The notes: a model not told the origin generated them from the sequence alone. Positions 1-9,877 are shown, counted from the stretch's first letter. The stretch: DNA of 64,000 bases from an uncultured virus (IMG/VR IMGVR_UViG_2851731845_000003) (IMGVR_UViG_2851731845_000003); one strand, 5' to 3'. A program made the numbers and translations.

Positions 1-897
1 CTAAATGTGCAACCAGCCATTAATCAACGTACAACTCTGTCCACCAATCCATGGTTCATCGTGAATAAAACGAACGCTAACCCGACCTTCTCGCTGTAGT
101 TGGGTACCTTGTCGAACCTGATACCCCTGTGCCTTCAAGCCACCGTCTGGGAATTTATTGACCTTCAATAAACGGGCCAAGCACGCATTAGCACTGCCCG
201 TCACGGGATCCTCAACCAACTTATCCCATTCAACCAGAAACGCTCGCATTTCATAATCTGCTGGATCACCAGATGAATAGGCGCCATAAAGCGCCACGCC
301 ATCAACATCACAAGCAATTTGTAGCTTTTTAATCATGGTTTGATCCGGCGTCACAGCCAGGCAAGATTGAGCATTTGGCATACGCACCATAAGCCAGCGA
401 ATGCCCATATCAGCAACCATCAGCATCGTATCTGTTTCAATCACCGCAGGCTGAAAAGCGGCCATTAGCAGTTCCCTTCCCTCAACAGCCACCGTTCGAA
501 ACGTTACCGCAGGTGCCGCGAATGCCAGTGTTCCTTCAGGTAAGATATTGACCGCAATCACACCAATCCCGCATTCTTGCATAACAACCCCCGGCTGTTT
601 GGTAACCAACCCAGCCTCCAATAATGCGTGGGCCGTACCTAGTGTCGGATGTCCAGCAAAGGGCAACTCTTTTTCGGGGGTAAAAATGCGCACCTGATAA
701 TCTGCAACCGGATTAGTGGGTTTAAAAACAAACGTCGTTTCCGAAAGGTTGGTCCAGCGAGCTAATGAAAGCATCTGAATTTCATTCAATCCCTCAGCCT
801 CTAGGATCACCGCCAAGGGATTCCCCTGCAATGGCGAGGTGGTAAATACATCCACCTGTTTGTAGGCTCGTGGTATCACACCATCTCTTTTAAGCAT
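1..897 (-). CDS. PhzF-family isomerase/epimerase
   Basis: VDVFT..GNPLAV, NLSETTF, ELPFAGHPTLG and EDPVTGSA motifs typical of PhzC/PhzF proteins. Confidence 0.9.
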   Translation of the reverse strand: MLKRDGVIPRAYKQVDVFTTSPLQGNPLAVILEAEGLNEIQMLSLARWTNLSETTFVFKPTNPVADYQVRIFTPEKELPFAGHPTLGTAHALLEAGLVTKQPGVVMQECGIGVIAVNILPEGTLAFAAPAVTFRTVAVEGRELLMAAFQPAVIETDTMLMVADMGIRWLMVRMPNAQSCLAVTPDQTMIKKLQIACDVDGVALYGAYSSGDPADYEMRAFLVEWDKLVEDPVTGSANACLARLLKVNKFPDGGLKAQGYQVRQGTQLQREGRVSVRFIHDEPWIGGQSCTLINGWLHI

Positions 898-942
898 TTA
901 CCATAATCCTCTATATACAAGGCTTGATGGTATCTCTATTAA

Positions 943-1438
943 ATAATTTTATCACACAGAAAGATCTGGTCTGGCTGACAAGTTATAGCATTCCATCAAA
1001 GCAATGTGAGATTTTACGTAAAGCTAGAATATTCTTCATCACAGTTGAGATGGGCGCTATCAAACTACGTGGGGGCACTTCTTGACCCCCTTTAGTTTAC
1101 GCAACCAACCAGTTTATCCAGAAAAAGAAGAACTAGCTAAAGTGTATCTTGGCGTAAATGGCATTTATGTATTACATCAGTCCACTGGACATCGTTACAA
1201 AATAGACGAATTCAATAGCCGATGGCTAAAGGCAATAAAACTGGCCGCAAATACATTTCCTGAATTGGATTTTAATTTCACGTTCTATGGCCTAAAGGCC
1301 AAGGGAATTTCCGACTTGGAAGGATCATTGGGGGAGAAGCTGGCTTATTTCGGACATGCAAATATTACGTAGACAGCGGGGTATGATAGAAAAGTAAATG
1401 TTGTTCCCGTAGTGGGTGGGCAGAATGTGGCGAAATGA
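943..1438 (+). pseudogene. Decayed phage module: DUF4224-like (xis-type) remnant deletion-fused to the C-terminus of a tyrosine integrase
   Basis: Manual translation gives LTSYSIPSKQCEILRKARIFFIT / frameshift / DGRYQTTWGHFL..PEKEE, then FNSRW..FTFYGLKAKGISD..GHANIT*TAGYDRKVNVVPVVGGQ with an internal TAG at 1370-1372. Confidence 0.7.
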
Positions 1439-1472
1439 TATGGTGAAGCAATGGTGAAATGTGATTTCAGAA

Positions 1473-1497
1473 ACAAAAAAACCGCCTCACGGCGGTT
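1473..1497 (-). terminator. Intrinsic terminator downstream of the tRNA-Leu 3' end (duplicated at 34044-34068)
   Basis: Minus strand AACCGCC-GTGA-GGCGGTT followed by a T run. Confidence 0.8.
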
Positions 1498-1541
1498 AAC
1501 GACATACTCATACTACTTTGTTTTACTTAGATTTGTTTCCA

Positions 1542-1595
1542 TGGTGCCCGAGGCGGGACTTGAACCCGCACAGCCATAAGCCGAGGGATTTTAAA
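1542..1595 (-). pseudogene. leuZ: 3' half of tRNA-Leu(TAA), att fragment
   Basis: Minus strand TTTAAAATCCCTCGGC..GTGCGGGTTCAAGTCCCGCCTCGGGCACCA; starts at the anticodon loop, 5' half absent. Confidence 0.85.
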
Positions 1596-1615
1596 AATTT
1601 GATGCTACCTTTTAA

Positions 1616-1646
1616 AATCAATAAGTTAAGTTGATTCAATAAGTTA
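1616..1646 (+). promoter_or_regulatory. IHF-like sites in the att arm
   Basis: AATCAATAAGTTA (exact WATCAANNNNTTR) at 1616-1628 and near-copy ATTCAATAAGTTA at 1634-1646. Confidence 0.6.
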
Positions 1647-1712
1647 TAAATGCGTATGTTTAGCTATATTTTCGCAGGGTTTGTTTTTGCTGCCACTAAA
1701 ATTCACTATTTA

Positions 1713-2717
1713 TCACTCAATAACTAGCTTGTCGTAGGGGTTTAATGCGATGGCCGCATCCAAGTGGTTAGGGGCAAAATGTGCATATCTCATCGTCATT
1801 AAAATAGTGCTATGACCAAGAATTTGTTGCAGCACTAAAATGTTTCCGCCGCCCATCATAAAGTGACTGGCAAAGGTATGTCTGAGTACGTGTGTGCGTT
1901 GCCCTTTAGGCAACTCAATAGCCGCCCTTTTTAATGCATGTTTAAATGCATCATAGGATGGAGTGAATAAAGCGCCGCGATTTTTTGGTATACGTTTAAA
2001 TAGTTTTTCAGATATCGGTACGGTTCTGTTCTTTTTGCCCTTAGTATTAATATAAGTCACACGACTAGGTAATATCTGCGACTGTTTCATATCCTGCGCT
2101 TCTCCCCACCTAGCACCTGTAGCCAAGCAGAGGCGAACGATAGTTCCCAAACTTTTATTTTCCGACTCATCACAGGAGACTAAAAGCCGCTTGATTTCAT
2201 CTTGTGACAGAAAGGCCAGCTCTTGATCGCCCTCGCTAAATTGCCGGATACCATCAAGCGGGTTACTTCCCTCCCACTCGCCAAGGCGTTTTAATTCTGA
2301 AAATACAGCATGTAGGTATGATTGTTCACGGTTAACAGTGGCTTCTTTTACAATAGTGCGCCCTTTTGCTTGCCATTCGCCATTCAGCCGTCGTTCCCGA
2401 TAAACAGCAAACATATTTTTATCGACATCTGCCGCTAAGGGTTCCCCTATTCGCTCACAAATAGCCAATAATTTAGTTTTACGGGACTCGCCAGAAGATA
2501 GGGTTTTACCGTGCATTTCATACCAGCGCTCAACTAATTCATTAAGCGTTACCGCACTGACACCTAGCTCCGTATCTTGCTTATTCACCATCATACGGCG
2601 TTCATATGAAAGCGCTTCGCCTTTAGTCGCAAACTGTTTACGTATCCGCTTACCGTCACGCCCATAAGGGAAACATTGACAAAGCCATTTACCGCTAGAT
2701 AATCTACTTACAGCCAT
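1713..2717 (-). CDS. int: Tyrosine integrase, P2/186/HP1-like
   Basis: Catalytic set TGAR, KGKKNR, HVLRH, LGH, RYAH; adjacent to att; likely start MAVSRL. Confidence 0.95.
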   Translation of the reverse strand: MAVSRLSSGKWLCQCFPYGRDGKRIRKQFATKGEALSYERRMMVNKQDTELGVSAVTLNELVERWYEMHGKTLSSGESRKTKLLAICERIGEPLAADVDKNMFAVYRERRLNGEWQAKGRTIVKEATVNREQSYLHAVFSELKRLGEWEGSNPLDGIRQFSEGDQELAFLSQDEIKRLLVSCDESENKSLGTIVRLCLATGARWGEAQDMKQSQILPSRVTYINTKGKKNRTVPISEKLFKRIPKNRGALFTPSYDAFKHALKRAAIELPKGQRTHVLRHTFASHFMMGGGNILVLQQILGHSTILMTMRYAHFAPNHLDAAIALNPYDKLVIE

Positions 2718-2741
2718 ACATACAAGCTCCATGCTGTAACA

Positions 2742-3545
2742 CTATTGAACGCTAGGGCTAACACACGTGTTTAGAAAATTAACACCAAAATCAGTTATTG
2801 TTAAAGCCTTACGCTCAATCTTTAATCTAGGCACATCACCAGAGTCAGAATTATTTAAAAACTTAATCTCAGGTAAATCCTCAATATCGTAGTAATGACT
2901 TGAATCAACATATTCTGACATTATAGGAATAGCGCACAGTCCTAACCTACATATATTGTCAATATAGCTCGATGTGTTTTCCGTAACCTCAACTTCAGAG
3001 TTAACACCTAAAAGTGAAAAATTCCGTCTATATATCATAATACCACCAGTATCAGTTCTTAATTTCACATCAATTATTGGCAAAATACTATTAACTGAAA
3101 TGTATCTCAATAACTTGGCTTCATCTGACGTTAATTGTTTAATGATATCAACGAATGAAGGATGTGTATAATTTGCAGTATCTTTATTCATTGAGGAAGC
3201 TAATAAATTTGCATAAAGATCACTTAAGCTCTCATCATGACCTATATATTTTAAGGCATCTAAAGCTGGCCCTGCCACATTAGGTTTTGGTGAAATTAAA
3301 TTTTCAGGTGGTACATCCTTTAATTTTTCTGCTACTTTAATAGAAATAAAGTCTTTGATTTTATCATATCCCCAGACCATGGCACTCACCGGTGCTAATA
3401 CGATATGTATTGTTTTAGCCACCGTCTGTAGTGCTGTGCCAACCTCCTGAGCTGCTGGTTGCAGAACATCCTGATATACTGGGACAGCTTTAACAATACC
3501 AGCCACTGCATCTGCGGCATCCCTAATTTTATTTTCTTCGCTCAT
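2742..3545 (-). CDS. DUF4393/Abi-alpha-like protein (candidate abortive infection)
   Basis: VYQDVLQPAAQEVG, PKPNVAGPAL, LYANLLASSM and HPSFVDIIKQLTSDEAKLL motifs; AT-rich. Confidence 0.7.
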   Translation of the reverse strand: MSEENKIRDAADAVAGIVKAVPVYQDVLQPAAQEVGTALQTVAKTIHIVLAPVSAMVWGYDKIKDFISIKVAEKLKDVPPENLISPKPNVAGPALDALKYIGHDESLSDLYANLLASSMNKDTANYTHPSFVDIIKQLTSDEAKLLRYISVNSILPIIDVKLRTDTGGIMIYRRNFSLLGVNSEVEVTENTSSYIDNICRLGLCAIPIMSEYVDSSHYYDIEDLPEIKFLNNSDSGDVPRLKIERKALTITDFGVNFLNTCVSPSVQ

Positions 3546-3577
3546 GATAGCTCCCAGATATTTTTTGTATTATTTAG

Positions 3578-4126
3578 TTAGTTCTTGGTGATATATTTAA
3601 AAAATTCATTAAGGCCAGCTCCGCCCTGATCATTATAATAAAGCTGCTTATATTCTTTAGATGTCTCATCATGCCCGTATTCATCTGACATAGTGAGTTC
3701 AGAAAAATCAGTTATGGGTATAAATTTCTGAATATCGTTTAATGCTTGGACGCGAGTCTTTGTAATAGTCACTTTATCTGCACTCAGATAATCATCTTTA
3801 CTATAAATTTTAGGTATGGCAGTTACAGTGACTTTATCTACATCTGTATGGATAAAACTACGATATATACCATATATCGCCGCTCTTTCTGTTTGTTCAG
3901 AAATCACTTTTTTTAGATCATTCGGAAATACTTCTGGAGATAATTGGATATGAAGAGGTTTTTTTGAAATTACTTTAAAAGTGCCATTGTCAGTAGAAAA
4001 ATCATTAAACTGTTGAATCATATCTGGAACAGATGAAAATTTTGTAGGGCCGTCTGCATAGACCGCACTGGAAAAAATCAACGTGAATGCAATCAGCAAT
4101 CTATTTATTAGCTTCATTGTAAACAA
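3578..4126 (-). CDS. Secreted/periplasmic hypothetical protein
   Basis: N-terminal signal peptide ending AVYA; AT-rich; in the repressor-int operon. Confidence 0.65.
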   Translation of the reverse strand: MFTMKLINRLLIAFTLIFSSAVYADGPTKFSSVPDMIQQFNDFSTDNGTFKVISKKPLHIQLSPEVFPNDLKKVISEQTERAAIYGIYRSFIHTDVDKVTVTAIPKIYSKDDYLSADKVTITKTRVQALNDIQKFIPITDFSELTMSDEYGHDETSKEYKQLYYNDQGGAGLNEFFKYITKN

Positions 4127-4157
4127 CCTCCTTATTCGTAAAAATCATGTTTATTTA

Positions 4158-4526
4158 CTAATTATTGTTAGCCAATTTATTCGGCTTTGATTGCGCGAAC
4201 GCATCGCCAACCGCCTGTATATTTAGCTTTGCCGAGTCATCCATTGCTCGGTAATTCTCTACTAGTTTCAATTCTTCTGTAGAGATAGTGTCTGGAGGGG
4301 TTCGTTTTCCAGTCAATATGTACATGACGTCTAAACCATACTGAGCATTCAATAATGCGAGTGTGGCAGCATCAGGCACAGTTTCCCCTCTCTCGTATTT
4401 ACCCCAAGTTCTAGTTGAAACACCGAAATTTGTCGCCATAGCCTCTTGGCTTTCACCCGTTTTTTCCCTTTCTTCACGCAGTCGCGCGCCAATTAGGAAT
4501 AATAATTCCTCTTTTTTGTTTGACAT
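4158..4526 (-). CDS. Immunity repressor (XRE HTH)
   Basis: IGARLREER..SQEAMA..GVSTRTWGKYERGETVPD; divergent from early genes. Confidence 0.85.
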   Translation of the reverse strand: MSNKKEELLFLIGARLREEREKTGESQEAMATNFGVSTRTWGKYERGETVPDAATLALLNAQYGLDVMYILTGKRTPPDTISTEELKLVENYRAMDDSAKLNIQAVGDAFAQSKPNKLANNN

Positions 4527-4573
4527 AGGAACAATACTTCCTTAAATTGTGTTGTACAGGAACTTAGTGGATC
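4495..4573. promoter_or_regulatory. Candidate repressor operators at the lysis/lysogeny switch
   Basis: AGGAA-N6-TTCCT at 4495-4510 and 4527-4542; half-site AGGAA at 4558. Confidence 0.55.
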
Positions 4574-4586
4574 ACAATATACCATT

Positions 4587-4778
4587 ATGAAACAAGTCGA
4601 ACATGATCAGCGCTCGCGATTACCGAAAGGGATCGCCTCAAAAAATCCTACCCCGATGCGTTTGTCTGATGATGAACGCTCAGAATTAGAAGCACTTGCA
4701 GCAAAAGAAAGTCGTTCAATTTCCAGTATGGCCCGCCTGGTTTACTTGCGCGGCATCGCGGCTATTCAGGCTGATTGA
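4587..4778 (+). CDS. Small ribbon-helix-helix-like DNA-binding protein
   Basis: PTPMRLSDDERSELEALAAKESRSISSMAR pattern; first early gene. Confidence 0.65.
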   Translation: MKQVEHDQRSRLPKGIASKNPTPMRLSDDERSELEALAAKESRSISSMARLVYLRGIAAIQAD

Positions 4779-4790
4779 TAAGGGGAAATT

Positions 4791-4994
4791 ATGGGTAATG
4801 TCACCATCAACATCACCGTACCCACTGGTTATGTCTCTCTGAAAGAGTATGCAGTAATGACAGGCATTCCTTTTGCTACCTGCCGAGGGATGGTGCGTGA
4901 TGGCCGGATTATTATTCGTCCGAAAATTAAAGCCGGTGACAAAGTTGAAGTTAATTTGGTCGCTATGTTGAAAGATGCCATAGCCAATAGTTAG
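4791..4994 (+). CDS. Cox/Apl-like excisionase-repressor
   Basis: YVSLKEYAVMTGIP..RDGRIIIRPK..VEVNLVAM; position in early operon. Confidence 0.75.
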   Translation: MGNVTINITVPTGYVSLKEYAVMTGIPFATCRGMVRDGRIIIRPKIKAGDKVEVNLVAMLKDAIANS

Positions 4995-5005
4995 GGGAAA
5001 ATACA

Positions 5006-5212
5006 ATGTACGCCTTAACCATTATTAGCCGCCATTCATCAGCCTATCGTGGCTTTATTATTACTCACCGACCAAGAACAGCGATTAATCCCATTGCTCG
5101 CTATGAAGTGCTGTTAGGTGAACAGTCTTTCGGTTTACATGATGCTCAAGCAATCGCAACAGGATTTATCGATCAGTTGCATAGCGAACGTGAGACAGGA
5201 GCCGCAGCATGA
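5006..5212 (+). CDS. P2-like early hypothetical protein (DUF4761-like)
   Basis: RHSSAYRGFII motif, RBS, operon context. Confidence 0.55.
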   Translation: MYALTIISRHSSAYRGFIITHRPRTAINPIARYEVLLGEQSFGLHDAQAIATGFIDQLHSERETGAAA

Positions 5213-5523
5213 AATCACCTTGCCTACAAATAGCTAACGCCATACTGCGAACTCATATAACCGATATGGGCCACTTAGCTCACCATACGATAGAGAAAAA
5301 TGGCGTTCTATCCCTTAAAACAAATCTTCATGCCCGTGAGAAAAAAGCCATCGCCAGTAATACCCTTGCAGGTTTGAGCATGATTACGGCCATTGCCTGG
5401 CAATTAGGTGAGAATAATTTAGCCACTTTTCATCAATTGAATATAGCAACGCAGGAATTCCGTGAATCCGGTGTTATTCCTCAGCCATTTAATGATGAGG
5501 TACCAACATGCCAGGACAGCTAA
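5209..5523 (+). CDS. Phage hypothetical protein
   Basis: ATGA overlap with upstream gene. Confidence 0.55.
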   Translation: MKSPCLQIANAILRTHITDMGHLAHHTIEKNGVLSLKTNLHAREKKAIASNTLAGLSMITAIAWQLGENNLATFHQLNIATQEFRESGVIPQPFNDEVPTCQDS

Positions 5524-5660
5524 TTGAATTGACTGGCGGTGCATTGGTTGTATTGGCATTACTGGTCTGGATTGGGGTTTTATCTGTCCGCGCCGTGATC
5601 CGCGATCACCGCAACCGTAGCAATATCAAGAAAGAGGTAGAGCGCAAAGCGCGTCAGTAG
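5508..5660 (+). CDS. 50-aa single-pass membrane protein (not in ORF track)
   Basis: GAGG RBS; MPGQLIELTGGALVVLALLVWIGVLSVRAVIRDHRNRSNIKKEVERKARQ; fills the operon gap. Confidence 0.6.
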   Translation: MPGQLIELTGGALVVLALLVWIGVLSVRAVIRDHRNRSNIKKEVERKARQ

Positions 5661-5697
5661 GTTTAACCCGCATTAATTGTTCTCACGTGAGGTGCGA

Positions 5698-6006
5698 ATG
5701 ATGGAGCAAGCGAATATAGATACATCACCACTTTCAATGCAGGAATGGAACCAGAAAGTAGGCTTACGGCATTTAGCCCGCATAAAGGAACTGTTTAAAA
5801 AAGATCCAGATGAAGAGTTTGAGCGATGTTTGGAGTCATTAAGCAGGGGTAAGACCAAAGGTATTATTTATTATGCCGCTGGGATAAAGAAAGACAGCCA
5901 CGAAAGAAAATTTCGTGAATTGGAATATCACGAGAGAAACGCAGTACGTAAAGCGGCTTTGGATTTATGGGTTGATTTAAATTCAATTCCAAAAGACTTG
6001 TTATAA
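5698..6006 (+). CDS. P2-like early hypothetical protein (gene B/DUF5347-like position)
   Basis: GAGGTG RBS before ATG; position upstream of A. Confidence 0.5.
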   Translation: MMEQANIDTSPLSMQEWNQKVGLRHLARIKELFKKDPDEEFERCLESLSRGKTKGIIYYAAGIKKDSHERKFRELEYHERNAVRKAALDLWVDLNSIPKDLL

Positions 6007-6082
6007 AGAAATAACGTTTTAGCGGGTTATCAAATATGGCGCATTTACCGCGTCGGGATTCCTATTATCTAAAATTAAGGAT

Positions 6083-6286
6083 TTGAATATGCCGAGTAAG
6101 AAAATTAAAAATGCTGATTTACTCAATGATGCCTTGATAAGTGAGCGCAGGAAACAAGCAATACTGACCTCTGAGCTTCTGGAAAGTCTGGCTAATGTCA
6201 TTATTGCCCGTGGTTTATGTGTTAAAGAATCGGTGGAATTACTGCGCCAAGAGTCCGATAAAATCCAAAATAAAATAAATGAGTAA
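6083..6286 (+). CDS. DUF2732-like P2 early protein
   Basis: LLNDAL.SERR..LESLA..VELLRQES pattern. Confidence 0.6.
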   Translation: MNMPSKKIKNADLLNDALISERRKQAILTSELLESLANVIIARGLCVKESVELLRQESDKIQNKINE

Positions 6287-7118
6287 GCGGCTGATGAAAA
6301 TAAATCGCTCACCGCTGAAATGGGCCGGTTCAAAGGCCCGTATTATGCCAATCTTACTTCAACATTTGCCAACCGGTAAACGGTTGGTTGAGCCGTTTGC
6401 TGGCTCCTGCTCTGTGATGCTAAATACGGATTATGATGAGTATTTGATTACTGATATTAATAGTGATCTGATTAATTTCTATGAAATAGCCAAAAGAGAA
6501 ACGAGCGAGTTAATCAATGTAGCGTCCTCACTGTTTCTTACGGCTAATTCCCACGAACAATATTATATTTTCCGCAAAATATTTAATGCACAAAATCATG
6601 ATGATATATCCAGAGCGGCAATATTCCTTTACCTAAATCGTCACTGTTTTAATGGTATTTGTCGCTATAACCAACAAGGGCAATTTAACGTTCCTTATGG
6701 TAAATACAAAGCGCCCTATTTCCCCGAAGCTGAGATCCGTTTTTTTGCCGAGAAAGCCAAGAAAGCCACATTCCTGTGTTGCGACTTTTCCGAAGCACTG
6801 GAAATGACCGTTGCCGGTGATGTGATTTATTGCGATCCACCTTATATCCCAGTATCCAGCACCGCTGACTTTACCCACTATCACACCGAGGGTTTTAACG
6901 CTGATCAGCAATTTCGTTTAGCCCGCCTACTGGCAAGGGCCGGTGAAAATGGTTGTCACGTTGTTGCCTCCAATAGCGATACCCCTATCACCCGCGATCT
7001 CTATAGCCGCTACACCCTCCACTCTATTACGGCTCCGCGCTCTATCAGTTGTAAAAGTGATGGCAGAAAAAGCATCGGGGAGATTATTGCGACAATTCCG
7101 GCACAATTAAATGACTGA
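6279..7118 (+). CDS. dam: Dam-like DNA adenine methylase
   Basis: LKWAGSK, EPFAGSCSV, YLNRHCFNGICRYN and YCDPPY motifs. Confidence 0.9.
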   Translation: MSKRLMKINRSPLKWAGSKARIMPILLQHLPTGKRLVEPFAGSCSVMLNTDYDEYLITDINSDLINFYEIAKRETSELINVASSLFLTANSHEQYYIFRKIFNAQNHDDISRAAIFLYLNRHCFNGICRYNQQGQFNVPYGKYKAPYFPEAEIRFFAEKAKKATFLCCDFSEALEMTVAGDVIYCDPPYIPVSSTADFTHYHTEGFNADQQFRLARLLARAGENGCHVVASNSDTPITRDLYSRYTLHSITAPRSISCKSDGRKSIGEIIATIPAQLND

Positions 7119-9666
7119 ACATTCCCGTGGCCGTATCACGCCCACATCACCGTTACCTTATCCGGGCAACGGTGATGTTTCTATTGAATGGGAACACTCG
7201 TGGAATGCCCCGCGTCCGGCGATTGGTGGTTATCAGCCTTTAGCGCCGGTTGCTGTAGTGGCAAAACCTAAATCACACCCGCTGGTTATCCGTTACGTAA
7301 AACGTTTGAATGCGTTGGGTTATACCGAACTACGGGAGCCTAACCAAACCTTACTAAAAATGTGGAGAGAACGCGCTGAGCTGGAGCGCGAGATCTATTT
7401 ACGTGATAAGCAACAATGGGCGAATTCAGCAGAGGGCATAGAAGCTCGTATTGATGAGCAGCCTATTTTTATTAAGTCTCATTTTCAAAATAAAATTAGA
7501 TGGTTACGTGAAAATCATGGCGATAAACATACCAATGCATTCTTAACCGGAACCGGCAAGAGTGCATTGTTACGTCTGGATGCCGTGCGCCAATACCAAG
7601 GCGTTAGCCAAGGTCACGTTTCTGAGCTAATGGCTTATTTTCAGGGCATCTATAGCCATCTTGCCGAGTTGAGCAAACGCCGGGTTAAGTCGCTGGCAAA
7701 TGATATTGCTGGCCGTATTAATGAAATGTTCTGCACTGAGGTATCCACACCCACAGAAGAAACTCGCACTTTATCTGATGCCGAGTTATTGACCATTTAT
7801 CGCAATATTGCGCTCGAAGTGTGGTCTTTACGGGTCAGGCCGTCGCACTGGCGCGAGTTGGGGCCGAAGCCCGGCCAGCCAGATAAGCCTGTTGATCGCA
7901 CAATCTATCACTCTGCTATTGCCCGGCTGATTAATGCGGATTGGTGGGAGCGTAAATTGTGGCGGCTGCGTAATGACTGGCGAGAAAGTCAGTTGCGCGC
8001 TGCTGGCTTGATCCATAAGCGTGCCGCACCCTATGTCAGTAAAGAGGCATTGGCCGACTGGATAGAGCAAAAACGCCGCAACCGTGAATTCTTCAAGCAA
8101 CATGAATTAGTTGATAACGAGGGTAACACCGTTTCTTTAGAAGCGATGGTGGATGCCAGTATCAGCAATCCGACGATACGCCGCCATGAATTAATGGCAC
8201 GCATGAAAGGGATCGAACTGGTTGCACAGTCGCGTGGTGATGTTGGGGTGTTTTACACCATCACTTGCCCGTCTAAATACCACGCCAACAACCAAAGCGG
8301 CCACGCTAACCCGAAGTGGAATCACACCACGCCACCACAGGCGCAAGCTTATCTCACCAAGTTATGGAGCAACATTACCTCCAAATTGGGCAGGGAAAAT
8401 CTGCGTGTTTACGGTTTCCGTGTCGCTGAGCCGCATCATGACAGTACACCGCACTGGCACTTACTGTTGTTCATGAAACCGCAAGAGTGCCACGCTATCA
8501 CTGAGATTATGCGCGCCTATGCTGTCAAAACTGATCGCGCCGAATTAGGTAAGCGAACCAGCGCCCGGTTTACCACTAAACGGCTGGATCCGAAGAAAGG
8601 TAGCGCCACCGCCTATATCGCTAAATACATCAGTAAAAATATTGATGGTTACGCGCTGGACGGCGAGCTAGACCATGAAACCGGCAAGCCACTGAAAGAA
8701 ACGGCCCGCTTTGCTATGGCTTGGGCGTCACGTCACCGTATCCGTCAATATCAGCCAATAGGTACACCGCCGGTGACTGTCTGGCGAGAATTGCGCAAGT
8801 TGAGCAATCAACTGGTCACTACACTCAAGATTTCCGGCACCTATCAGCGCGGCAAGCCACTACTGATTGATCCGGCAATGGATGCGGTCACCGCCGCCGC
8901 CGATGCTGGCTGCTTTGCTACCTACATCATGAAGCAAGGCGGCGTCCTAATTCCGCGCGATGATTACACCGTGCGCATTGCCTACCAGGACAACGAGCAG
9001 CCTAACGCCTACGGCGAAACTACCGAAAAGATTTTTGGCGTCTATTCCCCACGCCTAGGGGAAGAGTCCCGAATTTGTACCCGCTTAAAAAGTTGGAAAA
9101 TTGTTGCCTGCCAAAAGGCGAAACCCGCCGTTGCCGTGGGGGTTGATGTTTTTCAGGACGGCCCCGCCGTCCCTTGGAGTTCTGTCAATAACTCTCCGGT
9201 AGAGCAAAAAACACGCGAACCGGGCGAGGCTATAGACAGAACATTAGAAGAAAAAGTAATCGATTTCACCACGATCACTGATGCAGAACGTCGAGCCTTG
9301 CTCCGCAGGGTGAAAAAAGAGCCGCCGACAGTCATTAAAACCAACGCATTAACGCCAGCCGAGGGATCCGCACGCAAGGCATCAGCCGAAAAAGCCACCC
9401 AGCGGCAAGAAAAAACCGCACAACTGGCACCCGTGGCAACAAAAATTCGTGATTTTGCGGAGTCAATCGGGCTTTCCATCAGCATACAGCAAGCGCAATC
9501 ACTGGCTTGCGGGGCAACGTTGACTATCGGCGGCCAGAACTGGCGGGCAAGAGAAGACTGTTGTTTGTACCAATGCCAGCCAACCACCGCCCAGCGGGTA
9601 TTTAGCGTAATGAGCCGAGTGGCGAAATTACGAGAGGGGATAAAGCATGAAAGTCACCAGCATTAA
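7111..9666 (+). CDS. A: Rolling-circle replication initiator gpA
   Basis: FYTITCPSKYH, HUH motif EPHHDSTPHWH, catalytic YIAKYISKNIDG. Confidence 0.95.
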   Translation: MTEHSRGRITPTSPLPYPGNGDVSIEWEHSWNAPRPAIGGYQPLAPVAVVAKPKSHPLVIRYVKRLNALGYTELREPNQTLLKMWRERAELEREIYLRDKQQWANSAEGIEARIDEQPIFIKSHFQNKIRWLRENHGDKHTNAFLTGTGKSALLRLDAVRQYQGVSQGHVSELMAYFQGIYSHLAELSKRRVKSLANDIAGRINEMFCTEVSTPTEETRTLSDAELLTIYRNIALEVWSLRVRPSHWRELGPKPGQPDKPVDRTIYHSAIARLINADWWERKLWRLRNDWRESQLRAAGLIHKRAAPYVSKEALADWIEQKRRNREFFKQHELVDNEGNTVSLEAMVDASISNPTIRRHELMARMKGIELVAQSRGDVGVFYTITCPSKYHANNQSGHANPKWNHTTPPQAQAYLTKLWSNITSKLGRENLRVYGFRVAEPHHDSTPHWHLLLFMKPQECHAITEIMRAYAVKTDRAELGKRTSARFTTKRLDPKKGSATAYIAKYISKNIDGYALDGELDHETGKPLKETARFAMAWASRHRIRQYQPIGTPPVTVWRELRKLSNQLVTTLKISGTYQRGKPLLIDPAMDAVTAAADAGCFATYIMKQGGVLIPRDDYTVRIAYQDNEQPNAYGETTEKIFGVYSPRLGEESRICTRLKSWKIVACQKAKPAVAVGVDVFQDGPAVPWSSVNNSPVEQKTREPGEAIDRTLEEKVIDFTTITDAERRALLRRVKKEPPTVIKTNALTPAEGSARKASAEKATQRQEKTAQLAPVATKIRDFAESIGLSISIQQAQSLACGATLTIGGQNWRAREDCCLYQCQPTTAQRVFSVMSRVAKLREGIKHESHQH
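9156..9195 (+). other. P2-type replication origin (nick site) inside A
   Basis: GGAGTTCTGTCAATAACT resembles the P2 ori GGAGTCCTGTCAATAACT; preceded by GGACGG..CCGTCC hairpin. Confidence 0.7.
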
Positions 9667-9877
9667 TTACACCGATACCATTTGTATATTGTCAGCCGAC
9701 GAACAGCGAGTGGCTCAAATGCTTGGCGATGTGTGGAATCAATATTTACAGCTTCCGATTGAACATCCTTGTGAGCGTGATGAGTTCTGCCGAGCCATTC
9801 ACGATTGTCAGAAAATCATATTGGCCCGCCCGGCAATTCGTGGGCTGGCGGAAAAAGGTCAGGGATATAAAAAATGA
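9647..9877 (+). CDS. Phage hypothetical protein
   Basis: RBS GAGGGG; overlaps end of A; coupled to next gene. Confidence 0.6.
   Translation: MKVTSINYTDTICILSADEQRVAQMLGDVWNQYLQLPIEHPCERDEFCRAIHDCQKIILARPAIRGLAEKGQGYKK

Larger units (their letters stand above)
1473..1595. repeat. att direct repeat, left copy (123 bp)
   Basis: Identical to 34044-34166 except 1551 A vs 34122 G. Confidence 0.95.

Noticed and set aside
1082..1372. Functional 96-aa protein
   Set aside because: Chance fusion of two gene remnants, ending at a premature stop inside the integrase C-terminus
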